Positions 61,555 through 64,000 of a stretch of 64,000 nucleotides of DNA are shown piece after piece. The notes beneath the pieces were generated by a model that was not told where the DNA came from, did not search any database, and saw only the letters and a list, made by a program, of their open reading frames with translations. The translations under genes and the position numbers were made by a program. Every line of letters starts with the position of its first letter. Position 1 is the stretch's first letter. This stretch comes from Dendrobates tinctorius (Eukaryota): assembly GCF_039654945.1 (NCBI RefSeq), contig NW_027361696.1, forward strand, positions 56,854,001-56,918,000, read 5' to 3'.

Positions 61555-64000
61555 TTAGTCGGGAAGAGGACTGGCAAATTCTGGGGAGATCCAGGCCTTG
61601 TTCATTTTCAGAAAAGTAAGCCGGTCGACGTTATCGGAAGAAAGTCGCGTGCGACGGTCTGTTAGTACACCACCTGCGGCACTAAAGACACGTTCCGATA
61701 ATACACTGGCAGCAGGGCAAGCCAGCACCTCCAATGCATACTGGCTAAGCTCTGGCCATGTATCCAGCTTAGAGACCCAAAACTTGAAGGGGGAAGAGCT
61801 ATCTGGGAGTACACTCACAGGGCAAGACATGTAGTCTGTCACCTTCTGACAGAAACGTTGCCTCCTGCTGACTGGAGCAGTCAGTGATGGTGTAGACAAT
61901 TGTGGCGGACACAAAACTTTGCCACATTTGGGCCATAGTGGTCTTGCCTTGTGCTGAGGCACTGTCTCTGCTCCCTCTTTGTGCCGAGTTTCCTCCACTT
62001 GCTCGACGCACAGAGGTGCTTTGTAAAGCACTAGCACCACTGCTGTCGGGTGGAATGGAAAACATGATGGACTGCACCAGTGTGTCTTGGTACTCTCGCA
62101 GTTTACGCTCCCGGTTCAACGTTGGTATGAGGGTTTGCAAGTTGTCCCGGTAGCGAGGATCTAGGAGGGTGTACACCCAATAATTAGCCGTGTAGAGAAT
62201 GTGGGCGATGCGGCGGTCGTTTCTCAGGCACTGCAGCATGAAGTCAACCATGTGCTGCAGACTCCCAACTGCCAAAGAACCGCTGTCCCCTGCTTGAGGC
62301 GTGATCTCTGCCTGCTCTGCATCACCCCACCCTCGCTGTACATACTGACTAGAGCTTTGTGTACCTCCCTCCTGTGGAGAGATGTCTTCCTCCTCCATCG
62401 ACTCCTCCTCATCCTCCTCACAAAGTGTCCCCTGCCTAGGCCTTTGTGAGGAAGCACGTAGCGCAGACTGTCCAGAAGCAGATGGCATTTGGGACTCCTC
62501 ATCCTCCACCTCTTCCAAAACCTCATCCCTTAGTGCTTGCAGTGTTTTTTGAAACAGGCAGATAAGGGGGACAGTCATGCTGACTAGTGCATCATCTGCA
62601 CTCGCCATCCGCGTGGAATTATCGAAGGCACGCAAAACAAGGCAGGTGTCCTTCATAGAGGCCCACTCAGTGGTGCTGAAGTGTGACCGGCGCACATTGT
62701 GACTTGTTTGCGCCTGATGCAGCTGGTACTCCATGACTGCTGCCTGCTGCTCACACAACTGCTCCAACATATGTAACGTGGGTTACATACCTGGTGGGTA
62801 GGTCACATATGATGTGATGTTGCGGAAGGCGTAATCGGCGCTGCAGAGCAGCAAGGCGCGATCTTGCTGTGCTGGAACGACGCAAGTGAGCGCACTCTAT
62901 GCGGACCTTGTGCAGCAGTGCATCAAGATCCAGATAGTCCCTCAGAAAGCTCTGCACAACCAAGTTGAGCACATGTGCCAGACATGGGATGTGAGTGAGG
63001 TTGCCTAGGCCAAGAGCTGCCACCAGATTTCGGCCATTGTCACACACTACCAAGCCCGGCTGGAGATTCGCTGGCACAAACCACATGTCGCTCTCCTGCT
63101 TGATGGCATTCCAGAGCTCCTGCGCTGTGTGGCTTCGATTCCCCAAAGAAATTAATTTCAGTAAGGCCTGTTGATGTTTGGCCACGGCAGTGCTCATATC
63201 GGTCATAACAGGCTTCTGCTGCGCGGTTTCAGAGGAAGTGGAGTAGGAGGAGGAGTCAATATGCACTGACTGGATTCCTGCAATCCGTGGAGTTGGCAGA
63301 ACACGTAGCGCGCCACTCTCCAGATCTGTACCCGGCTCCACAACATTAACCCAATGGGCAGTGAGGGAAAGGTATCGTCCCTGTCCATGGTTACTGGTCC
63401 ATGCATCAGTGGTCAGGTGGACCTTGCTACTGACGGCGTTTAGTAGCGCATGTTTTATGTTTGCCTCCACATGTTTCTGCAGGGCAGGGACAGCTCGCCT
63501 GCTGAAATAAAAGCGGCTGGGCACGGTGTATTGTGGGACTGCCAATGCCATGAAGTCCCGGAAGGTGTCAGTCTCCACCAGCCTGAATGACAGCATTTCA
63601 AGGGCCAGTAGTTTGGCAATGCCAGCATTCAGAGTCTGTGCTCGGGGATGGTTTTCAGAGTAAGGCCGCCTTTTCTCCCATGCCTGTGCTACTGATGGCT
63701 GTCGAGCGGCCTGGGAGTGTGAGGATGACTTGGAACGTGGTGCTGTGGGTGGAATGTCACAGGGTCTCCGGACAACAGTGCCAGAGGTTCTTCCTTGGCG
63801 ATCCTGTGAGGAAGCCGAACCAGCTGTGTGTGAGCTGGAGGAAGCGGCCCCAACACGAGCTGAAGAGGTGGTAGGTGGTGCTGTACATTGGCCTACGTCT
63901 TCAGTGTGTCTGTGTAACTCCACCTCGTGCTAGGTCCGCACATGTTTCCACATATTAGTGGTATTGAGGTTGCTGACATTTTTCCCTCTTTTGACTCTCT
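61555..64000 (-). pseudogene. hAT transposase, frameshifted into three ORFs
   Basis: VHLTTDAWTS, CLAHVLNLVVQ, ICDLPTR, TLLDPRY and ALEVLACPAASVLSERVFSAAGG. Homologous to the copy at 40859-44030. Confidence 0.92.

Larger units (their letters stand above)
56268..64000 (-). mobile_element. Large hAT (ZBED-type) transposon running off the window
   Basis: Terminus tagtgtagagcgatacc with gatcgg/ccgat subterminal repeats. Transposase on the minus strand. Same terminal family as 2249-4826. Confidence 0.88.

Overview
Eukaryotic, repeat-dense vertebrate DNA. An amphibian (frog) source is inferred from the repeat families present. There are three N gaps. One host gene is visible on the minus strand: the last four coding exons (transmembrane exon, two small cytoplasmic exons and a terminal exon) of a type I membrane receptor ending in an ITIM (…LIYEN…VVYSELKLR*). 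Its exon-phase pattern matches the CEACAM1 tail, and its extracellular exons lie beyond position 64000. Most of the rest is transposable elements, often nested: the 3' end of an Ngaro-type tyrosine-recombinase retroelement (YR, SGNH hydrolase, B1-A2-B2 split repeats), two decayed hAT/ZBED transposons, a Tc1 IR/DR element, CR1 and Penelope fragments, Helitron ends, several MITEs and foldbacks with internal satellites, and five solo LTRs. The most unusual object is a complete 5.1-kb LTR retroelement at 46988-52093. It has two 1271-bp LTRs, a tRNA-Ser PBS, a PPT and a CATG target duplication, but no gag or pol. Its one long ORF ends in a cold-shock (CSD/OB-fold) RNA-binding domain. A related solo LTR elsewhere in the window also sits in a CATG target.
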